Origin: an uncultured Desulfovibrionaceae bacterium
Lineage (GTDB): Bacteria > Desulfobacterota > Desulfovibrionia > Desulfovibrionales > Desulfovibrionaceae
Length of the DNA: 64,000 nucleotides
Direction: 5' to 3'
NCBI GenBank assembly: GCA_964368075.1
Contig: CAYJAD010000005.1
Span: 2,755 to 66,754 of the forward strand
Below, piece after piece: positions 39,525-49,947 of the stretch. Made by a program: the position numbers and the translations under genes. Under the pieces are notes generated by a model that worked only from the letters and a program-made list of their open reading frames with translations, did not search any database and had not been told where the DNA came from. Positions within the stretch are counted from its first letter, which is position 1; the number at the start of each line of letters is the position of its first letter.

Positions 39525-41072
39525 ATGCCAAGTAAGGTAATTATCATTGACTATGGTTCCCAAGTCACACAGCTTATTGCACGTCGTGTACGAGAGGCCG
39601 GTGTCTACTCTGAAATACATCCCTGCAATGTAACCGCAGAGGCTGTGGCCGCCATGAAGCCAGACGCCCTTATTTTGTCGGGCGGACCGGCATCTGTGGG
39701 TGAAGCCGATGCCCCCACCTTGGATAAAGGCTTTTTAGATCTTGGTGTTCCGGTGTTGGGTATCTGTTATGGTATGCAACTTTTGGCATTGAATTTAGGC
39801 GGCGAGTTGGCGCAGTCGGTGACTCGTGAATATGGGCCGGCAGAACTTTCGTTTACTGCGAAAGATTGTGCCCTGTGGCAAGGGCTTAATGTCGATGCTA
39901 CTTCCCGTATTTGGATGAGCCATGGGGATAAAGTAAAAAGCGTACCACAAGGTTTTTCCATTGTGGCCAGCACGCCCACCCTTGAAGTGGCAGCCATGGC
40001 GCATGCCGAGCGCAAAATATATGCAGTGCAGTTTCACCCCGAAGTGCACCATAGTGTTGACGGTGAAAAAATATTACATAACTTCCTTTTTGCCATTGCC
40101 AAAATTACCCCCGATTGGTCCATGTCTTCTTTTTGCACGCGTTGCGTAGAAGAAATGGCAGCGCAAGTGGGGCCAGATAGTCACGTTGTATGTGCTTTAT
40201 CTGGCGGCATTGACTCCACAGTGGTAGCTGTGCTTTTGCACAAGGCCATTGGGCATCGTTTGCATTGTATTTTTGTAGATAATGGTGTGTTGCGCTTGGG
40301 TGAAGGCGATGAAGTTGTTTCTTACTTGCGTGAACATTTTGATTTGAACTTAAAGTTTGTTCAAGCACAAGATCGCTTTTTAGATAAATTAAAAGGCGTG
40401 GATGACCCTGAAAAGAAAAGAAAAATTATTGGCCATACCTTTATTGAAGTCTTTGATGAAGAAGCCAAGGCTTTGGGGCATGTGGATTATTTGGCACAAG
40501 GGACTTTATACCCCGATGTTATTGAATCCATATCGCATAAAGGCCCCAGCGCCGTTATTAAAAGCCATCACAATGTGGGCGGCTTGCCTGATACTATGAA
40601 GTTAAAGCTCATTGAACCTTTACGCGAACTTTTTAAAGATGAAGTGCGCAAGGTGGCTGCTGAGTTGGGCATGCCTGATTCCATTGTATGGCGTCATCCT
40701 TTCCCAGGCCCAGGTCTTGCTATTCGAATTTTGGGCGAAGTGAACGAAGGACGACTGGATATTTTGCGTAAAGCCGATAAAATTGTGCAAGAAGAGCTTA
40801 AAGAATCCGGTTGGTATCGTAAGGTATGGCAGGGTTTTGCAGTGCTCTTGCCTTTGAAAACAGTGGGCGTTATGGGCGATGGACGCACCTATGAAAACGT
40901 TATTGCCTTGCGCATTGTTGACAGCGTTGATGCCATGACCGCCGATTGGGCGCGTTTGCCGGCAGAGTTACTTGAGCGTATGTCTAGCCGCATTATTAAC
41001 GAAGTAAAAGGCGTAAATAGAGTGGTATACGATATTTCTTCTAAGCCACCTAGTACCATTGAATGGGAATAG
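39525..41072 (+). CDS. guaA: GMP synthase (glutamine-hydrolysing)
   Basis: GATase motif GICYGMQ, PP-loop SGGIDSTV and C-terminal PPSTIEWE. Length is 515 aa. Confidence 0.97.
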   Translation: MPSKVIIIDYGSQVTQLIARRVREAGVYSEIHPCNVTAEAVAAMKPDALILSGGPASVGEADAPTLDKGFLDLGVPVLGICYGMQLLALNLGGELAQSVTREYGPAELSFTAKDCALWQGLNVDATSRIWMSHGDKVKSVPQGFSIVASTPTLEVAAMAHAERKIYAVQFHPEVHHSVDGEKILHNFLFAIAKITPDWSMSSFCTRCVEEMAAQVGPDSHVVCALSGGIDSTVVAVLLHKAIGHRLHCIFVDNGVLRLGEGDEVVSYLREHFDLNLKFVQAQDRFLDKLKGVDDPEKKRKIIGHTFIEVFDEEAKALGHVDYLAQGTLYPDVIESISHKGPSAVIKSHHNVGGLPDTMKLKLIEPLRELFKDEVRKVAAELGMPDSIVWRHPFPGPGLAIRILGEVNEGRLDILRKADKIVQEELKESGWYRKVWQGFAVLLPLKTVGVMGDGRTYENVIALRIVDSVDAMTADWARLPAELLERMSSRIINEVKGVNRVVYDISSKPPSTIEWE

Positions 41073-41126
41073 TGACATAAAAAAATCTTAGAAATGGCAT
41101 ACCATAGCCATTCTAAATATTTTGCG

Positions 41127-41160
41127 ACGGACAGGGGTAGACTATCCTTGTCCGTTTATT
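41127..41160 (+). terminator. Hairpin after guaA
   Basis: acggacagggg / ccttgtccgt followed by ttatttg. Confidence 0.6.
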
Positions 41161-41277
41161 TGATTCATGATAAAAGGCTAAAATATTATAAAAGACAACA
41201 ACACAAGTTATTGTGCTGATGTATCCATGGGAAATGCGTTTTTCAGCATCGACTAAGTAAAGAAATGAGGTTGCTTT

Positions 41278-41775
41278 ATGTTCGGCATTGGTAGTACGGA
41301 ACTTTTAGTTATTTTAGTGGTGGCCTTAGTGGTGCTTGGGCCTAAATCATTACCGGGAATTGCAAAAACCGTGGGTAAAGTCATGGGGGAATTTCGCCGT
41401 GTAACCACAGATTTTCAGCGTACCATGAATGCAGAAGTGGCCCAAGAAGAACATGAAAAACGAAAAAAAGAGGCCGAAAAAGAATTTTTCTCTAAGGACG
41501 ATGATGACGCAAAAAGCGCATCTAAAACTCCAGATAGCGCTGCAGCCGCGCCTAAAGTAGCCGAAGCTCAAAACACTGCACAAGACGATATTTCTACGCC
41601 TCCTGTGTCTGAGCCATCTGTGCCAGCTGCTGAAGTGGAGGTCACAGTAGATGCCAGTACAGCTAAAACTGTGCAAAGCCCCATAGAAGAAGCTGTGAGC
41701 AAAGCGCAAAAAGAAGCCGCAGAAGATACTCAAAAGGTGGCTAGCGGTACTGCCCCTACTAAGGAGATGGCATGA
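41278..41775 (+). CDS. tatB: Twin-arginine translocase TatA/TatB-family protein (TatB-like length)
   Basis: MFGIGSTELLVILVVALVVLGPKSLP N-terminus with a long acidic C-terminal tail. Length is 165 aa. Confidence 0.85.
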   Translation: MFGIGSTELLVILVVALVVLGPKSLPGIAKTVGKVMGEFRRVTTDFQRTMNAEVAQEEHEKRKKEAEKEFFSKDDDDAKSASKTPDSAAAAPKVAEAQNTAQDDISTPPVSEPSVPAAEVEVTVDASTAKTVQSPIEEAVSKAQKEAAEDTQKVASGTAPTKEMA

Positions 41776-43073
41776 GTAGCACCAAAACTTCTCCTCTTCA
41801 TGAAGTGGTCGCTGTACCTTCAGAGCAAGAGTCTGATAACACACAGGAGTCTGCCGTAGAAAAAAATAGCACTGATTCTATGACTGACACCGAAAACGCG
41901 CCGCAAACAGCAACGGGCACATGTCAGAGTGCGGAATCAGCCGCTGGCGATAGCCCTCTTGCCACTGATAACTTGTATCCTACACCGTCAGAATATGCTC
42001 ATGATGCTGCGCAAGTTGCTTCTTCTGACAATGAAGAAATCTCTTTTGCAAAAGATAAGGAAGCAGAAGAAATTATAGAGGGCATTCAAGAAGAGTTGCC
42101 AGCACCTGCAAAAGAAGAAAAGCCAGAAGATGTCAGTAATTCTGAAGTCGCGTCTTTGGCAGATGCTCGCCCTTTAAATCAGCCTAAAGGCAAGCGCCCT
42201 CCCACCAAAACTCGCGAAGAGCGCGGCTTACCCCCTCTAGACGAAGAGGGCAATGAGCCCCCCACAGAGCCTGAAGAAAAGGGCATGACACTGATGGAAC
42301 ATTTGGCAGAATTGCGCACACGCTTGGTGCGCGCTTTTATTGTTGTGGGCATGGCTTTTATTGTGAGCTATACCTTTGCAGAACAGCTTTTTGCCGCATT
42401 ATGTCAACCGCTTATTGACGCCTTGCCCGAAGGGTCAAAACTTATTTTTACAGCCTTACCCGAAGCTTTTTTTGTCTATTTGCAGGTGGGGCTTGTGGCG
42501 GCTGTATTTGTGGCAAGCCCATATTTGTTTTACCAAATATGGGGTTTTGTCTCTCCTGGTTTATATGAGGAAGAAAAGAAATATATGGTGCCTATGGCCT
42601 TAATTTCGGCCATCTTTTTCATAGGCGGTGCTTCCTTTTGTTTCTTTGTGGTTTTTCCCTATGCTTTTACTTTCTTTGTAGGTTTTGCCAGCGAAGATAT
42701 TGCCGCCATGCCTTCCCTGTCGGAGTATTTGGGTTTTGCTCTTAAACTGCTCATTGCCTTTGGTCTTATTTTTGAAATGCCGCTTTTTACCTTCTTTTTA
42801 GCTCGCATGGGTGTGGTAACGGCACAAATTATGCGAAATGGACGCAAATATGCAGTCTTATGTATTTTTATTGTAGCAGCTATTTTGACGCCTCCAGATG
42901 TTATTTCACAACTGCTCATGGCCTTTCCTATGATGCTTCTGTACGAAATGAGCATTGGAGTTGCTGCCATATTTGGACGCAAGAAAAAATCAGATGAAGC
43001 GGAAAAAAATGATGCCGAAGCATCAGATGAATCAGAAAAAAATACCCTTGATGGGGAGGAAAGCAAAGCATGA
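41772..43073 (+). CDS. tatC: Twin-arginine translocase TatC with a 171-aa N-terminal acidic extension
   Basis: The canonical core begins at [14 protein letters not shown] (ATG at 42285). The upstream in-frame ATG at 41772 has AAGGAG 5 nt upstream and overlaps the tatB stop (ATGA). Confidence 0.85.
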   Translation: MSSTKTSPLHEVVAVPSEQESDNTQESAVEKNSTDSMTDTENAPQTATGTCQSAESAAGDSPLATDNLYPTPSEYAHDAAQVASSDNEEISFAKDKEAEEIIEGIQEELPAPAKEEKPEDVSNSEVASLADARPLNQPKGKRPPTKTREERGLPPLDEEGNEPPTEPEEKGMTLMEHLAELRTRLVRAFIVVGMAFIVSYTFAEQLFAALCQPLIDALPEGSKLIFTALPEAFFVYLQVGLVAAVFVASPYLFYQIWGFVSPGLYEEEKKYMVPMALISAIFFIGGASFCFFVVFPYAFTFFVGFASEDIAAMPSLSEYLGFALKLLIAFGLIFEMPLFTFFLARMGVVTAQIMRNGRKYAVLCIFIVAAILTPPDVISQLLMAFPMMLLYEMSIGVAAIFGRKKKSDEAEKNDAEASDESEKNTLDGEESKA

Positions 43074-43669
43074 GTCACAATGCAGACCGTGTCGCCAGCA
43101 TAGCGCGTAGCACTAAGGAAACTGAGATTAGCGTGCAATTAAATCTGGATGGACAAGGAAAAGTACATGTAGAAACGGGCCTTGGTATGTTAGACCATCT
43201 TTTGACGCTCATGGCATTTTGGGCAAATTTTGATGTGGATATACGCTGTAAAGGCGATTTACATATTGATGGGCACCACACAGCAGAAGATGTAGCCTTG
43301 TGTCTTGGGCAAGCTATCTTAGATGCTTTGGGAGATCGCAAGGGTATTGCCCGAGTGGGCTATGGTCGCGTGCCTATGGACGAAGCCCTGGCCGATGTGA
43401 CATTAGATATTTCTGGCAGACCGTGGCTAGAATGGCGTGGTGACAGCTTGTTGCCACCTATGATTGGGGGAGAAGAGGCTGATCTTTGGCGTGAACATTA
43501 TAAAGCTTTGGCTACTGCCTTGCGTTGTAATTTACACGTAAATTTTCATTATGGAAAAAATGGCCACCACCTTTTGGAATCTGTGGCTAAAGGCCTTGGG
43601 TTGGCATTGGCAGATGCTGTGCGCATTCAAGGGCAAATGGTGCGAAGCACCAAAGGAGGCTTAGATTAA
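43070..43669 (+). CDS. hisB: Imidazoleglycerol-phosphate dehydratase
   Basis: [14 protein letters not shown] and related His/Glu motifs. Length is 199 aa. It overlaps the tatC stop by 4 nt. Confidence 0.93.
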   Translation: MSHNADRVASIARSTKETEISVQLNLDGQGKVHVETGLGMLDHLLTLMAFWANFDVDIRCKGDLHIDGHHTAEDVALCLGQAILDALGDRKGIARVGYGRVPMDEALADVTLDISGRPWLEWRGDSLLPPMIGGEEADLWREHYKALATALRCNLHVNFHYGKNGHHLLESVAKGLGLALADAVRIQGQMVRSTKGGLD

Positions 43670-44349
43670 TGCGTAAGAATATTGCAATGGTGTTTACCTT
43701 AGTGGCCATGACCATGGTGTTGTGTGCGTGCCAAAGTAAAACGCCTGCATCGTCTTCTAAAACTACGGGGCTTAAAAGTCCTAGTGTCAATACAACGCTT
43801 ATTCCCCCTGCAACAAATGTAGGTATTGTGCCCTTTAGCCAGCCCACCAGTATGGGGCAACTTATAGCCGGTAATTTACCCCGTGATCAAGGCAGAGTGG
43901 CTGAAGATCAATTGCGTACAGCCAGCAAAGTATTACGTGCTCAGCTTAGGGCATCACGTCGCAATTATACCGATCTGCCTTTACCCCTGGGTATAAAAAG
44001 CAATGCCTTGCTTAATGCACCAAGTCCATCGGCTTTATCCATGTGGCTTGCCTATGGACAAAGTCATAATATAGATTTTTTGTTGGTGCCACAAATAATT
44101 CATTGGCATCAACGTGAAGGCGGTCGTGTGGGGGTTAAATCCTCTGCGCATGTGAGGGCAGAATTCTTTTTGCTAGATATTAAAAATCAGCGTGTTTTTC
44201 GCCGCAGTATCTACGATGAAAAACAAGTGGGTCTAGCGGAAGATTTAACAAAACTTGGCACATTCTTCCAACGCGGTGGCAGTTGGATTACCGCAGAAGA
44301 AATGACCCAAGAAGCTATTACTCAAGCTATAAAAGAAATGAGGCTGTAA
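43669..44349 (+). CDS. Lipoprotein of unknown function
   Basis: The signal peptide has the lipobox-like MTMVLCAC. It is embedded between hisB (1-nt overlap) and hisA (directly abutting). Confidence 0.6.
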   Translation: MRKNIAMVFTLVAMTMVLCACQSKTPASSSKTTGLKSPSVNTTLIPPATNVGIVPFSQPTSMGQLIAGNLPRDQGRVAEDQLRTASKVLRAQLRASRRNYTDLPLPLGIKSNALLNAPSPSALSMWLAYGQSHNIDFLLVPQIIHWHQREGGRVGVKSSAHVRAEFFLLDIKNQRVFRRSIYDEKQVGLAEDLTKLGTFFQRGGSWITAEEMTQEAITQAIKEMRL

Positions 44350-45084
44350 ATGATTATTTTTCCCGCAGTTGATATTCAAAATGGCAAAGCCGTACGCTTA
44401 AGGCAAGGCCGCGCCGACGACAGTACAGTTTTTGAAGATGATGCGCTAAAAGCTGCCATGGACTGGCAAGAGGCAGGTGCTCAATGGTTGCACGTGGTAG
44501 ACCTAGACGGAGCCTTTGACGGCAGAGCCGCCAGCTATAAAATTGTGGCAGATATTTGCCATAATTTACGCATTCCTGTGCAAATTGGCGGTGGTATCCG
44601 TGATATTAATACAGCTCAAATTTATTTTGATGCTGGTGTGGAAAGGTTGATTATTGGTACGGTAGCATTAGAAGAGCCTAAAATTTTTGCCGATCTTTGC
44701 CAAAAATACCCCGATAAGGTGGGTGTTTCTTTAGATGCCGATAATGGACGCCTTAAAACCAAGGGCTGGGTAGAAGATGTGCAAAAAACCGTGGATGAAG
44801 TACTTCCTCGATTGCAAGACATGGGCGCAGCTTTTGTTATTTATACAGACATTGCCCGCGATGGAATGCAAAGCGGTGTGAATGTACAAGCTTTAGAGCA
44901 TATTTGTAAGATTGCTTCTGTGCCTGTTATTGCAGCCGGTGGTGTGGCCACCCTTGATGATATTAAGGCTCTGTATCCTTTATTTAGCCATAGTCATTTG
45001 CAAGGTGCCATTAGTGGGCGGGCTCTTTATGAGGGAACGCTGAATCTTGATGAAGCGCATGCATGGATTAACGCGCAAAAATAG
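44350..45084 (+). CDS. hisA: ProFAR isomerase (HisA)
   Basis: IIFPAVDIQNGKAVRL N-terminus, GGGIR and AAGGV motifs. Length is 244 aa. Confidence 0.93.
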   Translation: MIIFPAVDIQNGKAVRLRQGRADDSTVFEDDALKAAMDWQEAGAQWLHVVDLDGAFDGRAASYKIVADICHNLRIPVQIGGGIRDINTAQIYFDAGVERLIIGTVALEEPKIFADLCQKYPDKVGVSLDADNGRLKTKGWVEDVQKTVDEVLPRLQDMGAAFVIYTDIARDGMQSGVNVQALEHICKIASVPVIAAGGVATLDDIKALYPLFSHSHLQGAISGRALYEGTLNLDEAHAWINAQK

Positions 45085-45110
45085 TATATAGAAGAATCTT
45101 TTTTGTTTTT

Positions 45111-45150
45111 GGGGGAGCTTTTCGTAAGAAAAAAGTTCCCTCATTTTTTT
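45111..45150 (+). terminator. Hairpin plus T-run after hisA (resembles the REP-like core hairpin)
   Basis: gggggagctttt cgtaag aaaaaagttccctc followed by attttttt. Confidence 0.7.
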
Positions 45151-45266
45151 AAGTTTTAAAGGGGAAAAATGAATTTTTAATAAAAATAAAATTGTGCAAA
45201 GAAAGTTTAAACACAATAGCATGAATTTACACAAAGAAAGGAAGAAAGAAAAATTGATTAAAAAAA

Positions 45267-45740
45267 CTATTCGATAACGTCAAGGCCAAACTCAACCACG
45301 CACGTTCCTTCTGGCAAGGCAAAAGGTATGGCAACAATGGGAGCAGTACTGGTGTGTTCTATGCAATGCCCTTCGCCTGCAAATAAATAGGGCGTTCCAC
45401 CACTATATACAAGGCCTTTTTCTGAAAAACGACGACGTACATCACCGGATAGAATGTTTACAAGCTCACCAACCATTTCTTTGGCGTCTTCTTCTTCGTC
45501 AATAATATCATCTCCAAACATGGCCTGTAGTGCGCACATGGCGCCTTCTTTGCTCATGCTTAAGGCAATACTTCCATGATGCGTATCTTTTTGCAAAGGC
45601 ACAAGCCCAGAGATAACGCCAGTGGCGGTAGGCTCCTTCTTAAGATATGGGCGGCCTGCCACAAGTGTTAATTGTGTCATAGATAGAAACACAAATTCTG
45701 TTGCAGCTATAAAATCATGAATAACTTCTGTGGTTTTCAT
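45267..45740 (-). CDS. CheX-like chemotaxis phosphatase family protein
   Basis: MVGELVNILSGDV matches the CheX/CheC E..N motif context. Length is 157 aa. Confidence 0.6.
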   Translation of the reverse strand: MKTTEVIHDFIAATEFVFLSMTQLTLVAGRPYLKKEPTATGVISGLVPLQKDTHHGSIALSMSKEGAMCALQAMFGDDIIDEEEDAKEMVGELVNILSGDVRRRFSEKGLVYSGGTPYLFAGEGHCIEHTSTAPIVAIPFALPEGTCVVEFGLDVIE

Positions 45741-45766
45741 GCACTATACTCCAATATACCAAAATG

Positions 45767-46843
45767 TTAGCTAATGCTATCAGAAAATAAGTCAAGTTTT
45801 TTGGTACGGATAAATTTATCGACAAGGCCAAAAACAAGGTCATTTCCGCAAAAGTTTTGCTGCGAAATATTTTCCTTGTACAAAGGTAAATTGTTTTCAA
45901 ACGTTTGTAAAAGGTCTTTTTGCAGGTGTAACATGTTTGCCTGCATACCATAGCCAAGTTTTTCAATGTACAGGGCATTGAATCTTTGTTCTACCATAGC
46001 CATAATGGGCAAAGTAAAAATAGGTTTGCCAAGATACAAAGATTCTGTCATCAGCGTATGCCCGCCGCCTTGTATAACATAAGAACAGCTTTCAAGTAAT
46101 GCCAAAAAATCTTGTTCAGATTTTTTCATAAAAATTACATTACCTTCTTGTCTTTCTTGTTTTTGATAACCAAAAACATAACAGGTTTTTTTTGTGGTAG
46201 AAAGCAAAAAATCTATAAGTGCTCTATGGGTAGAATTGCTTTGATATACAACCACATGGCCATCATCTCTGGGGTTCGCATTAAGGATGGCATCACGTAA
46301 AATTGGCGGAACCACCCTTGCTGTGTATTGCTCTTTTACCGGTGGAGCATAAAAAGATACAATAAGGTTCTGTGCCGTAGGTTTAAATAAATACTTTGGT
46401 GTAAGGTTCTGAACATAATAATCCCAAAGCATATCTTTAGGCAATTGATGCTGACAACAAGTAATAACATGCTGATGGTCAAGAGTAAGACAGGGAATAC
46501 CCATACGCTCTGCCGCTCTAGGTACAAAATATTCTAAATCGGTCATGCATACATCGGGTTTAAAGTCTTTAATAATTTCTATAGTTTGATGTATGTATTT
46601 TTCTCTCTGCCGCAAAGTTGACAAAGCCCTTGTCACAGTAGAAAAAATATCAACCTTGTAATTTTTAAAAACCGTCCCTAAATTGGGCAGAGGATACACC
46701 GTAAATTCTTTTTCTAAAATGCTACGTGCATCGTCATTGGCAACAAAATGGAATTCATGCTCTTGCAATTGTCTTGCTATGGTCAAGCCGCGCATGGCAT
46801 GCCCATGCCCAGTCCCATGAATGCCATAAAGAATACGAGCCAT
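45767..46843 (-). CDS. Glycosyltransferase (GT-B, MJ1255/TIGR00661-like)
   Basis: N-terminal ILYGIHGTGHGHAMRGLTIA Gly/His-rich loop and C-terminal GGGHTLMTESLYLGKP. Length is 358 aa. Confidence 0.65.
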   Translation of the reverse strand: MARILYGIHGTGHGHAMRGLTIARQLQEHEFHFVANDDARSILEKEFTVYPLPNLGTVFKNYKVDIFSTVTRALSTLRQREKYIHQTIEIIKDFKPDVCMTDLEYFVPRAAERMGIPCLTLDHQHVITCCQHQLPKDMLWDYYVQNLTPKYLFKPTAQNLIVSFYAPPVKEQYTARVVPPILRDAILNANPRDDGHVVVYQSNSTHRALIDFLLSTTKKTCYVFGYQKQERQEGNVIFMKKSEQDFLALLESCSYVIQGGGHTLMTESLYLGKPIFTLPIMAMVEQRFNALYIEKLGYGMQANMLHLQKDLLQTFENNLPLYKENISQQNFCGNDLVFGLVDKFIRTKKLDLFSDSIS

Positions 46844-47034
46844 AACCTGTCCTATGTTAAAGGTATTTTATCTTTTACCATAGCGCTATTACAAGGTCAA
46901 CAGTCCTTCTTCATAGAATTTATTATGGTACAGCTCATTTTCCTTGTTTGGCTTGCATATATTGTTCTGATGCGTGTACTTACTATAGGTTATGCAGCTT
47001 TTTTCAGGATATTCAAAAAAATAGCTCTCAGCAA

Positions 47035-47646
47035 TTAAAATGTAAAAATGGCTGTAACAAAAAAGGGTACTGCGATGGTCAAAGTCATGCCGCAAAAAAT
47101 ACCCATAATGGCGTATTGCTCCCCTGCATAGCGTGCGATAACAGGCATGCAGGTATCCATAGTGGTGGCACCACCGGCAGCTACGGGGGCCAAACCTCCG
47201 GCATAGCGCACCAATAGGGGGGCAAAAAGCAAGGTGAGTAATTCTCGGCTAATGTTGGCAATAAGAGCTACAGAGCCAAGCTCCGCGTCGCCAAAGCGGG
47301 TAATCATGACACTGGAAAGGCTGTAATAGCCAAAACCTGCCCCAACACCCAAGACATCGCGCAAAGAAATATGGTATTGCAAAGCCAGTAAAAGTCCCCA
47401 AGCTATAACGACGCCTAAGCACGTTCCTAAAACACTGCCTACGGGTAATAGCAAGATACGTAAACCAAAGTTTCGAATAATAAGGAAGTTTCTGGTGTCA
47501 AAGCCCATGCACATGCCTGCTAAAATAAGCATAAGGTACAAAGCGTAGCTTAATAAAGTGTCCCCCATTTCATTGGAGATAAGGTCTTGTGTCCCCACAA
47601 TAATACCAGCTACAAAAAAGAAAAGTATGAAGAGGGCGCCTTTCAT
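47035..47646 (-). CDS. LysO/DUF340-family membrane protein, large part
   Basis: 203 aa with 6 predicted TM segments. It overlaps the upstream 113-aa DUF340-like ORF by 4 nt. Confidence 0.6.
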   Translation of the reverse strand: MKGALFILFFFVAGIIVGTQDLISNEMGDTLLSYALYLMLILAGMCMGFDTRNFLIIRNFGLRILLLPVGSVLGTCLGVVIAWGLLLALQYHISLRDVLGVGAGFGYYSLSSVMITRFGDAELGSVALIANISRELLTLLFAPLLVRYAGGLAPVAAGGATTMDTCMPVIARYAGEQYAIMGIFCGMTLTIAVPFFVTAIFTF

Positions 47647-47984
47647 GAGTTGTATTCCTTACTTGTGACTGTAGTAGAGCACTGGGCTTTAGCATTTTCT
47701 ACATTGGTGGTGGGCAGGGCTGGAAAAAAGGAACGAAAAGCAAAGCAGATAACAAAAACACTGCCCAATCCACTTAGCACCCCTATAATAATTCCTTGTA
47801 TGCCAAGGTCAGCGATGCGCAATAATAAATCTTCATCATTGCCAAGGTTGAGCCCGATAAGAAAAAGTAGGGCATAAATAACTATTGAGAGGGCGTGGCC
47901 TGTAAAACCCACCGCTGCAGTGCTTTTACGCAGTGCATAACCTACAGGAATACTGCCTACTATGAGGCCCATTTCTAAAAGCAT
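47643..47984 (-). CDS. LysO/DUF340-family membrane protein, small part
   Basis: 113 aa with 3 TM segments. Its start directly abuts the stop of the NYN gene. Confidence 0.55.
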   Translation of the reverse strand: MLLEMGLIVGSIPVGYALRKSTAAVGFTGHALSIVIYALLFLIGLNLGNDEDLLLRIADLGIQGIIIGVLSGLGSVFVICFAFRSFFPALPTTNVENAKAQCSTTVTSKEYNS

Positions 47985-48590
47985 TTACCAAACTCCATTT
48001 GTATCTAAAGGGGGAAGTCCTGCAAGCCCCCCTGTTTCTGAAGAACTTTCCTCAAGTAAGGCTTGTCGCATAAACCAGTCTTCGCGAATGCGCCACGAAG
48101 CAGCCGCCGTATAGGCCGGGGAAGAGTAGCCGACGGATAAAACTAAGGTGCGTCGTGCGTGTTCTTGAAGACGAATAAGCAGGGGGGTGAAATCAGCATC
48201 GCCGGAAAGAATTATGAACTCTTCAAAACGCGTAGAGTGCGAAAGGTCATCCATGCAGTCCATGACCAAATGGATATCGGTACTGGTTTTGCCCTGATTC
48301 GTTAAGGGTGGACAGTCCACCACACGAAAAGCCGCACGTATGAAATTTGTTCTAAAATCGTGGTATCTTTGGGGGTTGATATAGCAAATGCGCTTTAAAA
48401 TACGGCGGCGCACTCCATCACCATAGAGCATGCGTAAAGCATGTGTTTCTAGCCACTTAATCCAGTGGTGAGGCAATGTACCAAAAGCACGGGCAGCTTC
48501 TGGATCCATTTCAAGAAAGCGGGTGTATATATTGTCAAAATCTACATAGAGTGCAGCGTATACTTCATCAAAACCAGAAAAACGTCCCAT
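47985..48590 (-). CDS. NYN (LabA-like, PIN-related) domain protein
   Basis: ALYVDFDNIY and IILSGDADFTPLLIRLQE motifs. The start was moved to the ATG at 48590, which has a GGAG 7 nt upstream. Confidence 0.7.
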   Translation of the reverse strand: MGRFSGFDEVYAALYVDFDNIYTRFLEMDPEAARAFGTLPHHWIKWLETHALRMLYGDGVRRRILKRICYINPQRYHDFRTNFIRAAFRVVDCPPLTNQGKTSTDIHLVMDCMDDLSHSTRFEEFIILSGDADFTPLLIRLQEHARRTLVLSVGYSSPAYTAAASWRIREDWFMRQALLEESSSETGGLAGLPPLDTNGVW

Positions 48591-48650
48591 AATTATTCTC
48601 CGAAAGCACGACCTATGTTCAGCGTGTGAGTAAAAGTTTCTAAAGGTCAA

Positions 48651-48732
48651 CTGAGATAAAACCTCTGCACAATTTTTTTACATACATATTCATAAATGAA
48701 AATATAAAATTTTCTTTTTTGAAGAATTGTAC
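48651..48732 (-). repeat. ~85-bp AT-rich element with terminal inverted repeats, copy B
   Basis: The reverse complement aligns with 27745-27830. The shared blocks are caaaaaagaaaattttatatttt and tatgtaaaaaaattgtgcagaggttttat. Confidence 0.9.
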
Positions 48733-48888
48733 GGCGCAGAAATCTTGAGATTTACATGCAGGAATGCGAAAGCGTCTTTAAGGATATTCTATAGTGAATA
48801 CCCCTAAAATATAAAGAAAAGAGCTTTTATTTAAGCATCATCTACAGGCAAGTGTTCTCGTCAGCTACATCTATAAGAAAAGGATGCG

Positions 48889-49929
48889 CTAGGCAAGTAT
48901 CTTTTTAAGGGTAGAAAGTAAGGCCGTAGCATCTTCCATGCTTGTATTCCAAGAAGTGACAAAGCGGATAGTGTGTTCTTGCTGTCCACGCTGCCACATT
49001 TCAAAAGCATAGCTTTTCTGCAATTTTTCCACAGCGTCCACAGGCAAAACGGGAAAAATTTGATTTGTCACTGTGGGGGTAAGCAAGGGCACGTTCATGG
49101 CAGAAAGCTCTTTGTCAAGATAGGCAGCTACCTTATTAGCATGCTTTGCTAAGTCATAGTAAAGCCCTTCTTGGAATAGGGCTTCAAATTGTGCCGCCAC
49201 CAACCAGCCTTTGGCTAGCATGGCGCCTCTTTGCTTGCATAGGTAGCGAAAATCTTTTTGCACATGCTCATGGGTAAGTATAAGCGCTTCGCCAAAAAGA
49301 GCTCCGTTTTTGGTGCCACCCACATAAAAAGCATCGCTGTAGAGTGCAAGCTCTGCAAGGTTAGGGCTTTCTTGCCCGCAAGTCATGGCCGCGCCTAGTC
49401 GGGCACCATCTACAAAAAGGTAGAGCCCTATTCTTTTGCACGTTTCTGATAGAGCACGTACCTCTTGTGTGGTGTATACGGTGCCAAGCTCTGTAGCTTG
49501 TGAGATATAAACCATTTTAGCTTGTACCATATGTTCGTTATCATGCTCTGCCATAAGGCTTTCAATATGGTGAGGGTGCAGTTTGCCATCATGACTTTGT
49601 GCCGTGAGTACTTTATGCCCTGTGGCTTCTATGGCTCCGGTTTCATGTACATTAATATGTCCGCTTTCTACGGCAATGACGGCTTGATGTGGGCGCAAAA
49701 AAGCGGCAATGCTCAAAGCATTGGTAATGGTGCCTGCCGATAAAAAATGCACTTGAGCATGGGGACTTTGGCAAATCTCTTGCAATACTTTTTCAGTTTT
49801 TTTACTTATGCTATCAAGACCATAGCCTTCATGCTGACCAGTCATGGTGGCTTGCAAAGCTTCTAGTATAGTAGGGTGACACGTGGTATTATAATCGTTC
49901 TTAAATGTAAAAATAGTAGAATTGTGCAT
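48889..49929 (-). CDS. Threonine aldolase-family PLP enzyme
   Basis: 346 aa with GGTKNG as the PLP-lysine context. The overall pattern is Beta_elim_lyase-like. Confidence 0.65.
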   Translation of the reverse strand: MHNSTIFTFKNDYNTTCHPTILEALQATMTGQHEGYGLDSISKKTEKVLQEICQSPHAQVHFLSAGTITNALSIAAFLRPHQAVIAVESGHINVHETGAIEATGHKVLTAQSHDGKLHPHHIESLMAEHDNEHMVQAKMVYISQATELGTVYTTQEVRALSETCKRIGLYLFVDGARLGAAMTCGQESPNLAELALYSDAFYVGGTKNGALFGEALILTHEHVQKDFRYLCKQRGAMLAKGWLVAAQFEALFQEGLYYDLAKHANKVAAYLDKELSAMNVPLLTPTVTNQIFPVLPVDAVEKLQKSYAFEMWQRGQQEHTIRFVTSWNTSMEDATALLSTLKKILA

Positions 49930-49947
49930 ATTTTTCCTATGGAGAAT

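Noticed and set aside
41350-43138. Long antisense ORFs (41350-41844 minus and 42659-43138 minus; similar cases at 1186-1650, 3703-4113, 38030-38356 and 63232-63717).
   Set aside because: They lie entirely opposite confidently identified conserved genes (tatB/tatC, fabH, fabF, guaB, leuS). They have low-complexity or odd composition and lack RBS support, so they are shadow ORFs.
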